Positions 19,723 through 30,214 of a DNA stretch of 64,000 nt are shown here, in pieces. Within the stretch, counting starts at the first letter, position 1. Each line of letters starts with the position of its first letter. Location of the stretch: assembly GCA_023229175.1 (NCBI GenBank), contig JALNZV010000007.1:18550-82549 (forward strand), read 5' to 3'. Under the pieces are notes generated by a model. That model did no database searches and was not told the DNA's origin. It was given only the letters and a program-made list of their open reading frames with translations. Source of the stretch: Tissierellaceae bacterium (GTDB lineage: Bacteria; Bacillota; Clostridia; Tissierellales; Tissierellaceae). The position numbers were made by a program, and so were the translations under genes.

Positions 19723-20532
19723 ATGACTGATATATTAAACCCAATCATAGTATTAGGTGGTCTAGGATTAGGATTTGGAGTTTTACTATCCATAGCCTCA
19801 GACATATTTCATGTCGATGTAGACCCCAAAATAGAAGAAATAAGATCCGTACTTCCTGGTGCCAACTGCGGTGCATGTGGGTTCCCTGGTTGTGATGGGT
19901 TGGCAGCAGCCATAGCAGATGGAAAAGCACCTGTCAATGGATGTAGTGTTGGCGGCATGCCTGTAGCAGAAAGAGTAGCTGAAATCATGGGAGAAGACGC
20001 CGAAGACATGAAGAAAATGGTAGCTACTGTACTTTGTCAAGGAGACTGTGACAAAGCCAAGGAAAAGTATGAATACCAAGGGATTACAGATTGTAGAGCC
20101 CAAAACATACAGCAAGCAGGTAGCAAATCTTGTACTTATGGTTGTTTAGGTGGGGGTACTTGTCAAGAGGTCTGTGAATTTGATGCCATAGAAATGATAA
20201 ACGGAGTTGCATTCGTAGACAAAGACAAATGTACAGCATGTATGAAATGTATCGAAGTATGTCCAAAGGGAATAATTGAATTAGTACCATATGAAAATGA
20301 ATTCGTAGTTAAATGTAAAAGCGAGGATGCAGGGAAAGTTGTCAGAAACAATTGCAGCATAGGATGTATTGGATGTCAAATATGTGTAAAAAATTGTCCT
20401 GTAGATGCCTTTAGTTTTGAAAACTACTTGGCAAAAATTGACTACGACATCTGTACTAACTGTGGTATCTGTGCTGAAAAATGCCCAACTAATGCAATAT
20501 TCTCATCTGCGGTAAAGGAATTAGCCGTATAA
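19723..20532 (+). CDS. rnfB: Rnf complex subunit B (polyferredoxin)
   Basis: N-terminal anchor, CGACGFPGC, and several CxxCxxCxxxCP clusters. Confidence 0.93.
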   Translation: MTDILNPIIVLGGLGLGFGVLLSIASDIFHVDVDPKIEEIRSVLPGANCGACGFPGCDGLAAAIADGKAPVNGCSVGGMPVAERVAEIMGEDAEDMKKMVATVLCQGDCDKAKEKYEYQGITDCRAQNIQQAGSKSCTYGCLGGGTCQEVCEFDAIEMINGVAFVDKDKCTACMKCIEVCPKGIIELVPYENEFVVKCKSEDAGKVVRNNCSIGCIGCQICVKNCPVDAFSFENYLAKIDYDICTNCGICAEKCPTNAIFSSAVKELAV

Positions 20533-20558
20533 AAGAGCCAGTTTGGCTCTTTTATTTT
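20531..20558 (+). terminator. Rho-independent terminator of the rnf operon
   Basis: Hairpin agagcca-gtt-tggctct followed by ttttatttt. Confidence 0.85.
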
Positions 20559-20637
20559 GTAAAAATCTAACTTGTAAATGAAAATTATAAATGGTAAACT
20601 AATAATGTATGTAAATGACTGAAACTATAAATAAAGG

Positions 20638-21027
20638 ATGGATTCAATGACAAAAGGAGATAAAATTTTAATAGTCGCAATCATAATAATTAGCTTAGTT
20701 TCCCTAGGGTTTGTTAAAAACAATATAGTCAATTATAATGAAAAATACATCAGCATCCAAGTCAATGGACAAGAGTATAAGAAAGTGATATTTGACAATT
20801 CAGTAATAGGTAAAACCATACCTATAGAGACAGAATTTGGATACAATCTCATAGAAATAGGAGATGGGGATGTCAGAGTAATAGAGGCATCTTGTCCAGA
20901 CAAGCTAGATGTATTACAAGGGGCAATTTCTAGTCCAGGCGAAATGATTGTCTGCTTGCCAAATAGACTAGTCATAGAAATAAAGGGAACAACAGAAACT
21001 AGAGAAATAGACTATATTAGTTACTAA
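20638..21027 (+). CDS. NusG domain II-containing membrane-anchored protein
   Basis: Sequence SCPDKLDVLQGAISSPGEMIVCLPNRLVIEI. The ATG at 20647 is an alternative start. Confidence 0.75.
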   Translation: MDSMTKGDKILIVAIIIISLVSLGFVKNNIVNYNEKYISIQVNGQEYKKVIFDNSVIGKTIPIETEFGYNLIEIGDGDVRVIEASCPDKLDVLQGAISSPGEMIVCLPNRLVIEIKGTTETREIDYISY

Positions 21028-21039
21028 GGATGACAAAGA

Positions 21040-21558
21040 ATGAAAAGAATAAATAAAATAATATTTCTATCACTATTAGTATCCATCGGATTAGCACTAT
21101 CAGTCCTTGAATCGTCAATACCACTACCCATAGTCATACCAGGAGCTAGACTTGGACTTTCAAATATGGTTATATTAGTTACATTGGTCATTTTTGGACT
21201 TAAGGAGGCCATGGTTGTTAGCATATTGAAAAGTGTGGTTTTAGTGCTGATAACAGGTAGTGTCTCCAGTTTAATGTATAGCCTTTCAGGCGGTATACTA
21301 TCAGGTATTGTAATGTATATAGCATACAAATACTTCTCAAAAATCTTCAGCCTAATAGGAGTCAGCATACTGGGAGCAGTAGGACACAATATAGCACAAG
21401 TAAGCACTGCGGTTTATATAATGAGCAATCTTAGAATATATTCGTATTTACCTATTTTGCTGATTACCAGCCTGTTTACAGGTTATTTTGTTGGTCTTTC
21501 ATCTATATTTATATCGAAAAACCTCAAAAAAGGTTTAAGTCATATCTTTAATGCCTAA
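21040..21558 (+). CDS. Gx transporter family protein (heptaprenyl diphosphate synthase component I-like membrane protein)
   Basis: Sequence LALSVLESSIPLPIVIPGARLGLSNMVILV. Five or six TM helices. Usually found paired with the NusG-II protein. Confidence 0.7.
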   Translation: MKRINKIIFLSLLVSIGLALSVLESSIPLPIVIPGARLGLSNMVILVTLVIFGLKEAMVVSILKSVVLVLITGSVSSLMYSLSGGILSGIVMYIAYKYFSKIFSLIGVSILGAVGHNIAQVSTAVYIMSNLRIYSYLPILLITSLFTGYFVGLSSIFISKNLKKGLSHIFNA

Positions 21559-21568
21559 AGGAGAAAAC

Positions 21569-22150
21569 ATGAAAAATATAATATTAGCGTCATCTTCACC
21601 GCGAAGGATAGAAATGCTCGAAAAATACAAACTGGATCCACTGGTGGTTAAGTTGCCCATAGAGGAAAAAGTATCTTTGACCGAAAGGCCAGAGCAGATA
21701 GTCATGTCTTTGGCTTTTGAAAAAGCCTTTCTGGTAAGCAATAAGTATAATAGCGACGAAATAATAATTGGGGCAGATACCATAGTCGTACAAAACCAAA
21801 AAATACTGGGAAAACCAAAGGATGAAGGGGATGCCTTTAACATACTAAAGAATTTAAATGGCAAAGAGCATCAGGTCCTTACTGGAATTTGCGTTATTAG
21901 AGCTAATTCCAGAGAAAAAGTAGTAGATTATGAAACTACAACAGTTAAATTCAGACATATGTCAGAGGACAAAATCCTAAGATATGTAAAGACTGGTGAA
22001 CCCATGGACAAGGCTGGAGCCTATGCAATTCAAGGATACGGTCAAATATTAGTTGATGAAATCCACGGTTCTTACACCAATGTGATTGGCTTACCTATCG
22101 AAAAGCTAGATGACATATTGGAAAAATACTTTAATATTAGTATCTTATAA
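21569..22150 (+). CDS. maf: Maf-like nucleoside triphosphate pyrophosphatase (septum formation protein)
   Basis: Motifs ILASSSPRR, IGADTIV and KAGAYAIQG. Confidence 0.92.
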   Translation: MKNIILASSSPRRIEMLEKYKLDPLVVKLPIEEKVSLTERPEQIVMSLAFEKAFLVSNKYNSDEIIIGADTIVVQNQKILGKPKDEGDAFNILKNLNGKEHQVLTGICVIRANSREKVVDYETTTVKFRHMSEDKILRYVKTGEPMDKAGAYAIQGYGQILVDEIHGSYTNVIGLPIEKLDDILEKYFNISIL

Positions 22151-22163
22151 AGCAGGTGAAAAG

Positions 22164-22871
22164 ATGAGCACTGATATTGATTTAGAAAGAAAATTTACAA
22201 TAAAAGAACTGCCAGAAACTGAAAGACCAAGGGAAAAACTATATATATATGGTCCAGAATCCCTATCTAACGAAGAATTAATAGCCATAATAATTAGAAC
22301 GGGAAATAGAAATGACACTGCCATAGATCTTGCTAGGAAAATTTTAAGCAGGGATAATAGAGGACTAGCCTATTTGAGAGATACTACTTTACAAGAACTA
22401 ATGGAAACAAAGGGAATAGGTCAATCGAAGGCAGCTCAGATTTTGGCGGCCATTGAAATGGGTAAAAGATTGAATTACTTAGAGGCTTTAAATAAATTAA
22501 AGATTAATGAACCGGGTACCATAGCAAATCTATATATGGATGAAATGAGGTTTTTTCAAAGAGAACACTTTAGAATAGTATTATTGGATACAAAAAATCA
22601 AATCATCGTAGCAGAGGAGGTTTCCGTGGGGACTTTAAATGCCTCTATAGTACATCCACGGGATGTATTTAAAGCTGCAATTAAGAGAAATGCCAATGCT
22701 ATGATATTAATGCACAATCATCCTAGTGGAGATCCAACTCCTAGTAAAGAAGACATCAATATTACCAGAAGGCTAATAGATGCAGGAAATTTAATAGGAA
22801 TAAAAGTATTAGATCACATTATTATTGGAGATAATAGGTATGTAAGCTTTAAGGAGAAAAATTTAATTTAA
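22164..22871 (+). CDS. radC: RadC-family JAMM-motif protein
   Basis: Motifs ELIAIIIRTG and HNHPSGDPTPSKEDI. Confidence 0.9.
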   Translation: MSTDIDLERKFTIKELPETERPREKLYIYGPESLSNEELIAIIIRTGNRNDTAIDLARKILSRDNRGLAYLRDTTLQELMETKGIGQSKAAQILAAIEMGKRLNYLEALNKLKINEPGTIANLYMDEMRFFQREHFRIVLLDTKNQIIVAEEVSVGTLNASIVHPRDVFKAAIKRNANAMILMHNHPSGDPTPSKEDINITRRLIDAGNLIGIKVLDHIIIGDNRYVSFKEKNLI

Positions 22872-22894
22872 TGATATAGGAAGGAATGAACATA

Positions 22895-23923
22895 ATGGGA
22901 CTATTTAGCAGTTTTATAAAGGATTTGGGAATAGATTTAGGCACAGCAAATACCTTAGTTTATATAAAGGGAAAGGGAATAGTGGCAAGGGAGCCTTCAG
23001 TAGTAGCAATTCAGGGCAACAACAATCAAGTTTTGGCAGTGGGAGAAGAAGCAAAGAGAATGATAGGAAGGACCCCGGGCAGCATCACAGCCATTAGGCC
23101 CCTAAAAGATGGAGTAATAGCAGACTTTGACATAACAAAATCCATGTTGAAGCACTTCATAAGAAAGGCTACGAGAAGGAGAACATTTTTACAGCCAAGG
23201 GTAGTCGTATGTGTACCAAGTGGAGTAACAGAGGTAGAAAAGAGAGCTGTAGAAGAAGCGGCAATTCACGCAGGAGCTAGGGATGCCTACCTCATAGAAG
23301 AGCCTATGGCTGCAGCTATAGGAGCAGGGCTGCCAGTGCAAGACCCTACAGGTTCAATGATAGTAGATATTGGCGGCGGCACAACAGAGGTGGCTGTCAT
23401 ATCACTGGGGGGAATCGTTACATCAAAATCCATTAGGGTTGGAGGAGATGAATTAGACGATGCCATTGTTAGCTTTATAAAAAGAGAATACAGCCTAATG
23501 ATAGGGGAGCGAACAGCAGAAGACGTGAAAATAAACATAGGCTCCGCAGATATAAATTTAGAAAAAGCAAGCATGGAAATCAGAGGTAGAGATATGATAA
23601 CGGGCTTGCCAAAGACCGTAAATATCAGCTCAACTGAAATATATAGTGCAATGAAAGATCCAGTATTCAACATAATAGATGCCATAAAATCCACCTTGGA
23701 AAAGACACCACCAGAACTTGCCTCGGATATTATGGAACAAGGAATAATGCTTACAGGTGGCGGTGCACTTTTAGAGGGTCTAGACAGATTAATTATTAAA
23801 GAAACAGGAATACCCGTAAATATTGCAGATGAACCACTAGACTGTGTAGCCAAAGGCACAGGAAAAGCGTTAGATAGTATAGATGTACTTAAAAAAACTA
23901 TTTCAAATAAAAGAAAATTCTAA
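22895..23923 (+). CDS. mreB: Rod shape-determining actin homologue MreB
   Basis: Motifs [14 protein letters not shown] and [19 protein letters not shown]. The ATG at 22886 is an alternative start. Confidence 0.95.
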   Translation: MGLFSSFIKDLGIDLGTANTLVYIKGKGIVAREPSVVAIQGNNNQVLAVGEEAKRMIGRTPGSITAIRPLKDGVIADFDITKSMLKHFIRKATRRRTFLQPRVVVCVPSGVTEVEKRAVEEAAIHAGARDAYLIEEPMAAAIGAGLPVQDPTGSMIVDIGGGTTEVAVISLGGIVTSKSIRVGGDELDDAIVSFIKREYSLMIGERTAEDVKINIGSADINLEKASMEIRGRDMITGLPKTVNISSTEIYSAMKDPVFNIIDAIKSTLEKTPPELASDIMEQGIMLTGGGALLEGLDRLIIKETGIPVNIADEPLDCVAKGTGKALDSIDVLKKTISNKRKF

Positions 23924-23934
23924 GTGGTGATGCC

Positions 23935-24771
23935 ATGTCTTTTTTCAGTAGAAATAAAGAAAAAATCATTGTAACCATAATTGCAATTGCATTAATTTTA
24001 CTCATTGGATTTACAAGTGCAGAAAGGATATTATTGACTAAGTTTGAGAGAGTTTTAGGTAATATCCTTTCTCCCATTGGAAAGTTTACAAATTCTATTG
24101 GAAAAAATACTTCAGATTTCTTCAAGAATGTGGGAGAGATAGGTTCATTGAGAGAGGAAAATGAAAGACTCAAGTCTATAATCAGCCAACTAGAGGAAGA
24201 AAACAGAAGTTTTCAAGATATAATAGGGAAAATCGATTACTTAAAAAATGAAGCAGAGCTTAAAAAAACAACAAAATACAATTTAATAGAGGCCCAGATA
24301 ACCGGTAAAGAACCTGGAAACTGGTACCATAGATTTACAGTAGATAAAGGATTGAAAGATGGAGTTAAAAAAGGAGATACTGTAATTCAAGGGATACAAA
24401 TTGATCAGAATACCATAATCGAGGGCATAGTAGGAAGGGTACAAGATGTTGGAGATAATTGGTCCAAAATTGTGGCCATAGTAGATGAGAACAGCAGTAT
24501 ATCCTTCAAGATTTTAAGGACTCAAGATGGAGGTATATTGACTGGGAATATAGAAAGAAAAATAACAGGGTACCTATTTGACGACAAGGCCGATGTCATA
24601 AAGGGAGACAAGCTATTTACTGCTGGTCTAGGGGGAGCATATTTGAAAGATATTTATATAGGGGAAATCGAGTCAGTCCTAAGCGACGAAGAAGACTTGA
24701 TGAAAACAATACAAATAAAGGCTGCAGTTGATTTTAAGAAATTACACAAGGTCTTTATAATATCCAATTAG
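23935..24771 (+). CDS. mreC: Rod shape-determining protein MreC
   Basis: TM anchor, coiled coil (ENERLKSIISQLEEEN) and a C-terminal beta domain. Position after mreB supports the call. Confidence 0.9.
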   Translation: MSFFSRNKEKIIVTIIAIALILLIGFTSAERILLTKFERVLGNILSPIGKFTNSIGKNTSDFFKNVGEIGSLREENERLKSIISQLEEENRSFQDIIGKIDYLKNEAELKKTTKYNLIEAQITGKEPGNWYHRFTVDKGLKDGVKKGDTVIQGIQIDQNTIIEGIVGRVQDVGDNWSKIVAIVDENSSISFKILRTQDGGILTGNIERKITGYLFDDKADVIKGDKLFTAGLGGAYLKDIYIGEIESVLSDEEDLMKTIQIKAAVDFKKLHKVFIISN

Positions 24772-24793
24772 GATATAGAATAGGGGAGAAGAT

Positions 24794-25294
24794 ATGACCA
24801 TATTTATACTATTACTAGTGGTTTTAGTAAATTTCATCCTGCAAAGCACCATACTTCCGTATATGCCCATTTTAGGTGTAGTGCCAAATATATCCTTACT
24901 GGTTGTCATTACAATTTCTTTGTACAAGGGCAGATTATATGGTGGAATCATTGGCATTGCTATAGGATTGATACAGGATATACTTTTTAGCCCCATAATA
25001 GGCCTAAACGCCTTTATATTCTTTTTTGCAGGATATTTAATAGGTTTGATAGAAAACAAACTGATAAAAGACAACACCCTTATACCTATTTTACTGTCAA
25101 TTATAGGTACAGTATATTATAATTTTGCATACTACATATTTATGTTTTTTCTATCCCATGAAATAGAATTTCTATCCTTTGCAAAGGACGTACTACTGAT
25201 TGAAACCGTATATAACAGTGTACTTATTGTTCCCATATACAAAATGTTTTCCAAGATATTCGCAGTTCCCCAAATCAGATTTGGCAGTAAATAA
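24794..25294 (+). CDS. mreD: Rod shape-determining protein MreD
   Basis: 166-aa polytopic membrane protein directly after mreC. Confidence 0.85.
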   Translation: MTIFILLLVVLVNFILQSTILPYMPILGVVPNISLLVVITISLYKGRLYGGIIGIAIGLIQDILFSPIIGLNAFIFFFAGYLIGLIENKLIKDNTLIPILLSIIGTVYYNFAYYIFMFFLSHEIEFLSFAKDVLLIETVYNSVLIVPIYKMFSKIFAVPQIRFGSK

Positions 25295-25315
25295 TGTGGT
25301 ATTAGAGGTGAGAAC

Positions 25316-28300
25316 GTGAAAATACTAAAAAAGATATTCGATAGATACAATATACTGGTATATATAGTGATAATACTTATGTTTGCGTTGTCATTTAGGC
25401 TGGCCACACTAACCATTGTACAAGGGGAGTATTACAGAGATATATCGGACAACAAAAGGCTAAAGGAAATATATATTACAGCACCGAGGGGCGAAATAAG
25501 AGATAGAAATGGAAGACTCCTAGCAGGTAATAAACCTAGCTTTACAGTACAAATACTAAAAGACGAACTAAATATCCACGATAAAGACAAAAAGAACAAC
25601 GCCTTACTTTCACTAGTCAGATTATTAGAGGAAGACGGTGTCAGTTATTTAGATGATTTTCCAATTGATTTAAATGTGTTTCAGTACAATTCTGAAGAAA
25701 AGGTCCTAAGAGAAACCGAAATAGAAGGGGAAACAGAAGAATATGTGACCCCAGGTGAGAAAGTGATTGACTTAATATTAGAACACGATTTATTAGAAGA
25801 ACTTCTAGGACTATACTACAAATATCCAGAATATGAAGAGCACTATCAATTTATTATGGTAAATAAGGCTTTAGATGCTTTGGAAAGTAAGGACATACAT
25901 GTTCCTATGGAAGCAATTTTAACAGGGTATTCACTTGAAATAAAGTTTATAGAAGGCGAAGACACAGAAAGATGGAAAAGTAGATACGGCATTGACAGCG
26001 ATTTATCGCCTTTGGAATCCATAGTACAATTAATAGATAAAGACAAAAATATATTAAGAAAAATAATTGACCATCCCATATCCCGAAAATTGGCATATGA
26101 TTTGTTGGCAAAAAATAATCTGGAGGGGAACATCGTACTCGAGGAATACGTACTTTCCTTTGATGAAGATTATATGGCACAAAAGAAAAACATGATGAAT
26201 TTTTCAGATAAAGTCAAGGAAAACACAACGGCAAAAGAAGACTTTGTAAATATCTTTATAAAACACTCATTAAATAATCTTTTAGAAAAAGTAATATTGG
26301 AAGAGGATGACAAGGGTAAAGAAGAAGTACTAATCCCAGGTGGCATTCTATTGGAAATGATTAAAGAAAAGGGGATAGATGTTCCCGTATCAATAGAACT
26401 AATTGACGAAGGACAGAATATAATATACAAATATACGGGAGATGATACAATACAAGATAAAACTCCCCTGGAACTATTAATAGAATACGGTAAAGAAGCA
26501 AAAGTATTTGAGGAATTTATTTTAGGTGATAAAATAAAATACTTAGCTCAAGAACAATTGATAAATGACGGTATAAATACTAGAATTTCAGTAGCAAATG
26601 AAATAGAATACGTCTTTATAAATAACAAAATCAGATGGTATAATGAAAATAAGATACCAGAAAATGCCACAATTGCAGAGGCACTTGATATATTAAAAGA
26701 GAGAAATAAAATACCTGAAAAGCTAAGTCCATACGAATCCAGGTCAGTGCTCATAATGTACGAACTTTTAAGTAAACAAGGCCATCTGGCGTATCAGCCT
26801 ATAAATATAGCCTATGGCATTAAAAATACGACAGTAGCAAAAATAGAAGAAAACCTAGGATACTTACCGGGTATTCAAGTATCCATTGAACAGGTAAGGT
26901 ATTATCCAGAGGGAAAAACTGCAGCCCATATACTAGGTTACCTTGGGAAAATAAGCCAAGCAAGTGAAATAGAGAAATATGTAAACCAGAAAAGCTATTC
27001 TCCCAATGATCTTATAGGAAAAACTGGAATAGAAGAAAGCTTCGAAGACTTCCTCAGGGGCGAAAATGGGATTAAAAGAGTAGAAGTAGACGTACTAGGC
27101 AATACCACCAATGTCCTTGATGAGAAAAAACCAATATCAGGTAACAATGTATACTTAAGCTTAGATTGGAATTTGCAAAATTACTCTCAAAACGTACTGC
27201 AGCAAACCTTGGAAAAAATACAGGTTGGCGGGACATATGAGAGTAAATGGGGAGATTATACCTTTGACATCAACAAATCAAAGAAAAGACCCTATGAAAA
27301 CGCCACATCCGGTGCTGTGGTGGTTTTAGACGTAAAGACAGGGGAAACCCTAGCCATGGTCAGCGAACCATCCTATGACCCAAATCTCTTTGCCACAGGC
27401 ATTTCCAATACCGATTGGTTAAGTCTTTTTCCGGAAAATGAAAAAGATCCATTGGCACCCAGGCCACTATACAACATAGCAACACAAACAGCAGTCCAAC
27501 CAGGCTCGACTTTTAAAATGGTCACTGCCCTATCTGCTTTAGAAAAAGGTTTAAGCCCGACAAAGAAGATTAGAGATATGGGGTACGTAGAGATAGGGAA
27601 TTATCGACCTGCCTGCTGGCTTTGGAATCAAAGTAGAAGCACCCATGGATATGAAAATATGTATGAGGCCATCAGGGATTCTTGCAACTACTACTTTTAT
27701 TCTTTGGCAATTGGGAGAAATCAAAGGACTGGAGAGAACATAGGAGTCAAAGTAGAAATAGAAGATATCGTAAACCTTTCCAAACAATTGGGTCTAAACG
27801 ATAAAACAGGAATAGAAATAAATATTCCTGCCGAAACATCTGGTGGAGTCCCTAATCCCCAAAGAAAAATAATCAACACCAAGTCTTCGTTAAAATCATT
27901 TTTACAAAAAAGCATTAGGGATTACATAAAAGAAGATGTAAAACTAAGCGAATACGAAATAAGCTCAATAATAGAAGAGATAATTAGCTGGGTAGAATTG
28001 GAAGAACCCTTGACTAGAGCAGAAGTTGTCAGGAGATTAGACGGCTTTGGATTATATACAGAGAAAAAGTTAGGTAAGGATAAAGAAGGCTTGGCAGATA
28101 AAATAAAATACAGCTATATAAACCAAGCAGGGTGGACAATAGCTGAGACATTGAATGTCACCATTGGACAGGGGCTTAACTCCTATACCCCATTGCAAAT
28201 GTCCAACTATATAGCAACCATAGCAAATGGAGGATATAGAAATAGGGTAACCTTAATCGATAGTGTGAAAAATTATAATAATTCAAAAGTAATATTGGAA

Positions 28301-28681
28301 AATGAAGTAGAATCTGAGAGAATAGAGTTAAACAGTTACGATAATCTAGAGCATGTAAAGAAAGGAATGCTGATGGTCACCACCGAGGGGTCCGTAAGGA
28401 GGATATTCAACAGCTTGCCTGTAAGTGTAGGAACCAAAACAGGTACAGCACAAAAGTCGGGAATTAATCCAGTAACAGGGGAGACTTATGACGACTTCAC
28501 ATGGTTTGTAGCCTTTGCACCCTATGATGATCCAGAAATAGCCATAGCTTCAGTCGTATTTCAAGGAGGTAGCGGAAGCTATGCCGGTCCCATGGTAAGA
28601 GATATAATTGCTGAATACTTGGGATTAAACGCAGTTGGGACTAAAGAATCATTACCTTTTATAAGCACATTGATAAAATAG
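25316..28681 (+). CDS. mrdA: Class B penicillin-binding protein 2 (elongation transpeptidase), unusually long at 1121 aa
   Basis: N-terminal anchor, dimerisation-domain start (APRGEIRDRNGRLLAGN), and transpeptidase motifs STFK, SCN and KTGT. GTG start after an AGAGGTGA SD. Confidence 0.9.
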   Translation: MKILKKIFDRYNILVYIVIILMFALSFRLATLTIVQGEYYRDISDNKRLKEIYITAPRGEIRDRNGRLLAGNKPSFTVQILKDELNIHDKDKKNNALLSLVRLLEEDGVSYLDDFPIDLNVFQYNSEEKVLRETEIEGETEEYVTPGEKVIDLILEHDLLEELLGLYYKYPEYEEHYQFIMVNKALDALESKDIHVPMEAILTGYSLEIKFIEGEDTERWKSRYGIDSDLSPLESIVQLIDKDKNILRKIIDHPISRKLAYDLLAKNNLEGNIVLEEYVLSFDEDYMAQKKNMMNFSDKVKENTTAKEDFVNIFIKHSLNNLLEKVILEEDDKGKEEVLIPGGILLEMIKEKGIDVPVSIELIDEGQNIIYKYTGDDTIQDKTPLELLIEYGKEAKVFEEFILGDKIKYLAQEQLINDGINTRISVANEIEYVFINNKIRWYNENKIPENATIAEALDILKERNKIPEKLSPYESRSVLIMYELLSKQGHLAYQPINIAYGIKNTTVAKIEENLGYLPGIQVSIEQVRYYPEGKTAAHILGYLGKISQASEIEKYVNQKSYSPNDLIGKTGIEESFEDFLRGENGIKRVEVDVLGNTTNVLDEKKPISGNNVYLSLDWNLQNYSQNVLQQTLEKIQVGGTYESKWGDYTFDINKSKKRPYENATSGAVVVLDVKTGETLAMVSEPSYDPNLFATGISNTDWLSLFPENEKDPLAPRPLYNIATQTAVQPGSTFKMVTALSALEKGLSPTKKIRDMGYVEIGNYRPACWLWNQSRSTHGYENMYEAIRDSCNYYFYSLAIGRNQRTGENIGVKVEIEDIVNLSKQLGLNDKTGIEINIPAETSGGVPNPQRKIINTKSSLKSFLQKSIRDYIKEDVKLSEYEISSIIEEIISWVELEEPLTRAEVVRRLDGFGLYTEKKLGKDKEGLADKIKYSYINQAGWTIAETLNVTIGQGLNSYTPLQMSNYIATIANGGYRNRVTLIDSVKNYNNSKVILENEVESERIELNSYDNLEHVKKGMLMVTTEGSVRRIFNSLPVSVGTKTGTAQKSGINPVTGETYDDFTWFVAFAPYDDPEIAIASVVFQGGSGSYAGPMVRDIIAEYLGLNAVGTKESLPFISTLIK

Positions 28682-28718
28682 AATAAATAGCTTTTCAAAA
28701 TTTGGAGGTAAAGACAAA

Positions 28719-29372
28719 TTGAAAAAAGAGGTCATAGAATTTAAGGGGGTAAAAGAAGGTATTTTCGTAAATGTAAACGGAGATAACCTATTAGCTGTCA
28801 AAGAAGAATTAGAGAAAAAGATGAAAACAGCCTATGATTTTTATAAGGGAACCAAGCTTTTAGGAATTAAGGCCAGTTCATTGTCTCCAAAAGAAACACT
28901 GGAACTTAAGTTTATTTTAAGGTATAAATATGATTTTTTGGTTTCAGAGGAGGAGCTGCCTAAAAACATAGGGATAAAGCCGGAAACAAATGAATTGGAG
29001 CCAGATGAAAATGAAGTATTCCAAGGTATAGACGTAGGCATGACAAAGTTTATCAACGGAACACTGAGGTCAGGCCAGATAGAAAAGTTTCACGGAAACA
29101 TCGTAATTGTAGGAGACGTAAATCCAGGGGCCTTGATACAGGCAGGCGGAAATATAATTGTACTAGGTACCTTGCGAGGAGTAGCCCATGCAGGAATGAA
29201 TGGAAATCTAGAATCCATAGTGGCTGCCTATGACTTGCAGCCAACGCAATTGAGAATAGGGAATAAAATTTCTAGGCCGCCAGATGAAGTGTCAGAATCT
29301 TTACATTTGCCGGAAATTGCAAAAATAAGGTCTGGAGAGGTAATAATTGAGCCTTACCTACCTAATAAATAA
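28719..29372 (+). CDS. minC: Septum site-determining protein MinC
   Basis: C-terminal beta-helix repeats (GNIVIVGDVNPGALIQAGGNIIVLGTLRGVAHAG). TTG start. Confidence 0.9.
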   Translation: MKKEVIEFKGVKEGIFVNVNGDNLLAVKEELEKKMKTAYDFYKGTKLLGIKASSLSPKETLELKFILRYKYDFLVSEEELPKNIGIKPETNELEPDENEVFQGIDVGMTKFINGTLRSGQIEKFHGNIVIVGDVNPGALIQAGGNIIVLGTLRGVAHAGMNGNLESIVAAYDLQPTQLRIGNKISRPPDEVSESLHLPEIAKIRSGEVIIEPYLPNK

Positions 29373-29390
29373 AAAAAGGGAGGAAATATT

Positions 29391-30203
29391 ATGGATAAAG
29401 AAAAATTGGGAACAGCCATAGTCATCACTTCAGGTAAAGGTGGTGTTGGTAAAACAACTACCTCAGCTAATCTTGGGACAGGCCTTGGAATTCTTGGATA
29501 TTCAGTAGTTGTAGTAGATGCAGACATAGGACTTAGGAACCTAGACGTGGTCATGGGACTTGAAAACAGAATTGTATATGATATAGTCGATGTTGTAGAG
29601 AAAAATTGTAGATTAAAGCAGGCATTGATTAGAGATAAAAGATTTGACAAACTGTATCTTTTACCAGCGGCTCAAACAAAGGATAAAACTGCCGTAAGTC
29701 CAGAGCAAATGTTGGAATTAATAGGAGATTTAAAAAAAGAGTTTGATTACATAATCATAGACTCGCCTGCAGGAATAGAACAAGGTTTTCAAAACTCTAT
29801 AGCAGGGGCAGATATGGCCTTAATCGTCACTACTCCGGAAATATCAGCTGTGCGGGATGCAGACAGAGTAATAGGTATTTTAGAATCAAAAGGCCTATAC
29901 AATCCTAAGCTATTAATCAATAGAATCAGACAGGAAATGGTAAAAAGAGGCGATATGATGAATATCGAGGATATAATCGACATATTGGCCATCGACTTAC
30001 TGGGAATAGTTCCCGATGACGAGGCCATAGTTATCTCTACCAATAGGGGAGAACCAGTAGTCATCGATGGAAAGACTTTATCTGGAAGGGCCTTTAACAA
30101 TATCGCCAAAAGAATAACAGGGGAAGAAGTAGAACTTTTGAATTTAGATGACAACCAAGAAGGAAAACTTAGCAAAGTATTTAAACTATTATTCGGTAAA
30201 TAG
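29391..30203 (+). CDS. minD: Septum site-determining ATPase MinD
   Basis: Deviant Walker A SGKGGVGKTT and a C-terminal amphipathic helix. Confidence 0.96.
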   Translation: MDKEKLGTAIVITSGKGGVGKTTTSANLGTGLGILGYSVVVVDADIGLRNLDVVMGLENRIVYDIVDVVEKNCRLKQALIRDKRFDKLYLLPAAQTKDKTAVSPEQMLELIGDLKKEFDYIIIDSPAGIEQGFQNSIAGADMALIVTTPEISAVRDADRVIGILESKGLYNPKLLINRIRQEMVKRGDMMNIEDIIDILAIDLLGIVPDDEAIVISTNRGEPVVIDGKTLSGRAFNNIAKRITGEEVELLNLDDNQEGKLSKVFKLLFGK

Positions 30204-30214
30204 GGGGGGAATCC

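Noticed and set aside
23287-23859. Long antisense ORFs inside mreB (190 aa), and similar ones inside rng (36052-36618), rnfC (16608-17066), rnfE (18800-19180), minD (29789-30175), the radical SAM gene (33855-34286) and polA (6103-6504)
   Set aside because: All are embedded antisense in genes with unmistakable conserved motifs. They have Ser/Ile/Pro-rich low-information translations and no ribosome-binding sites.
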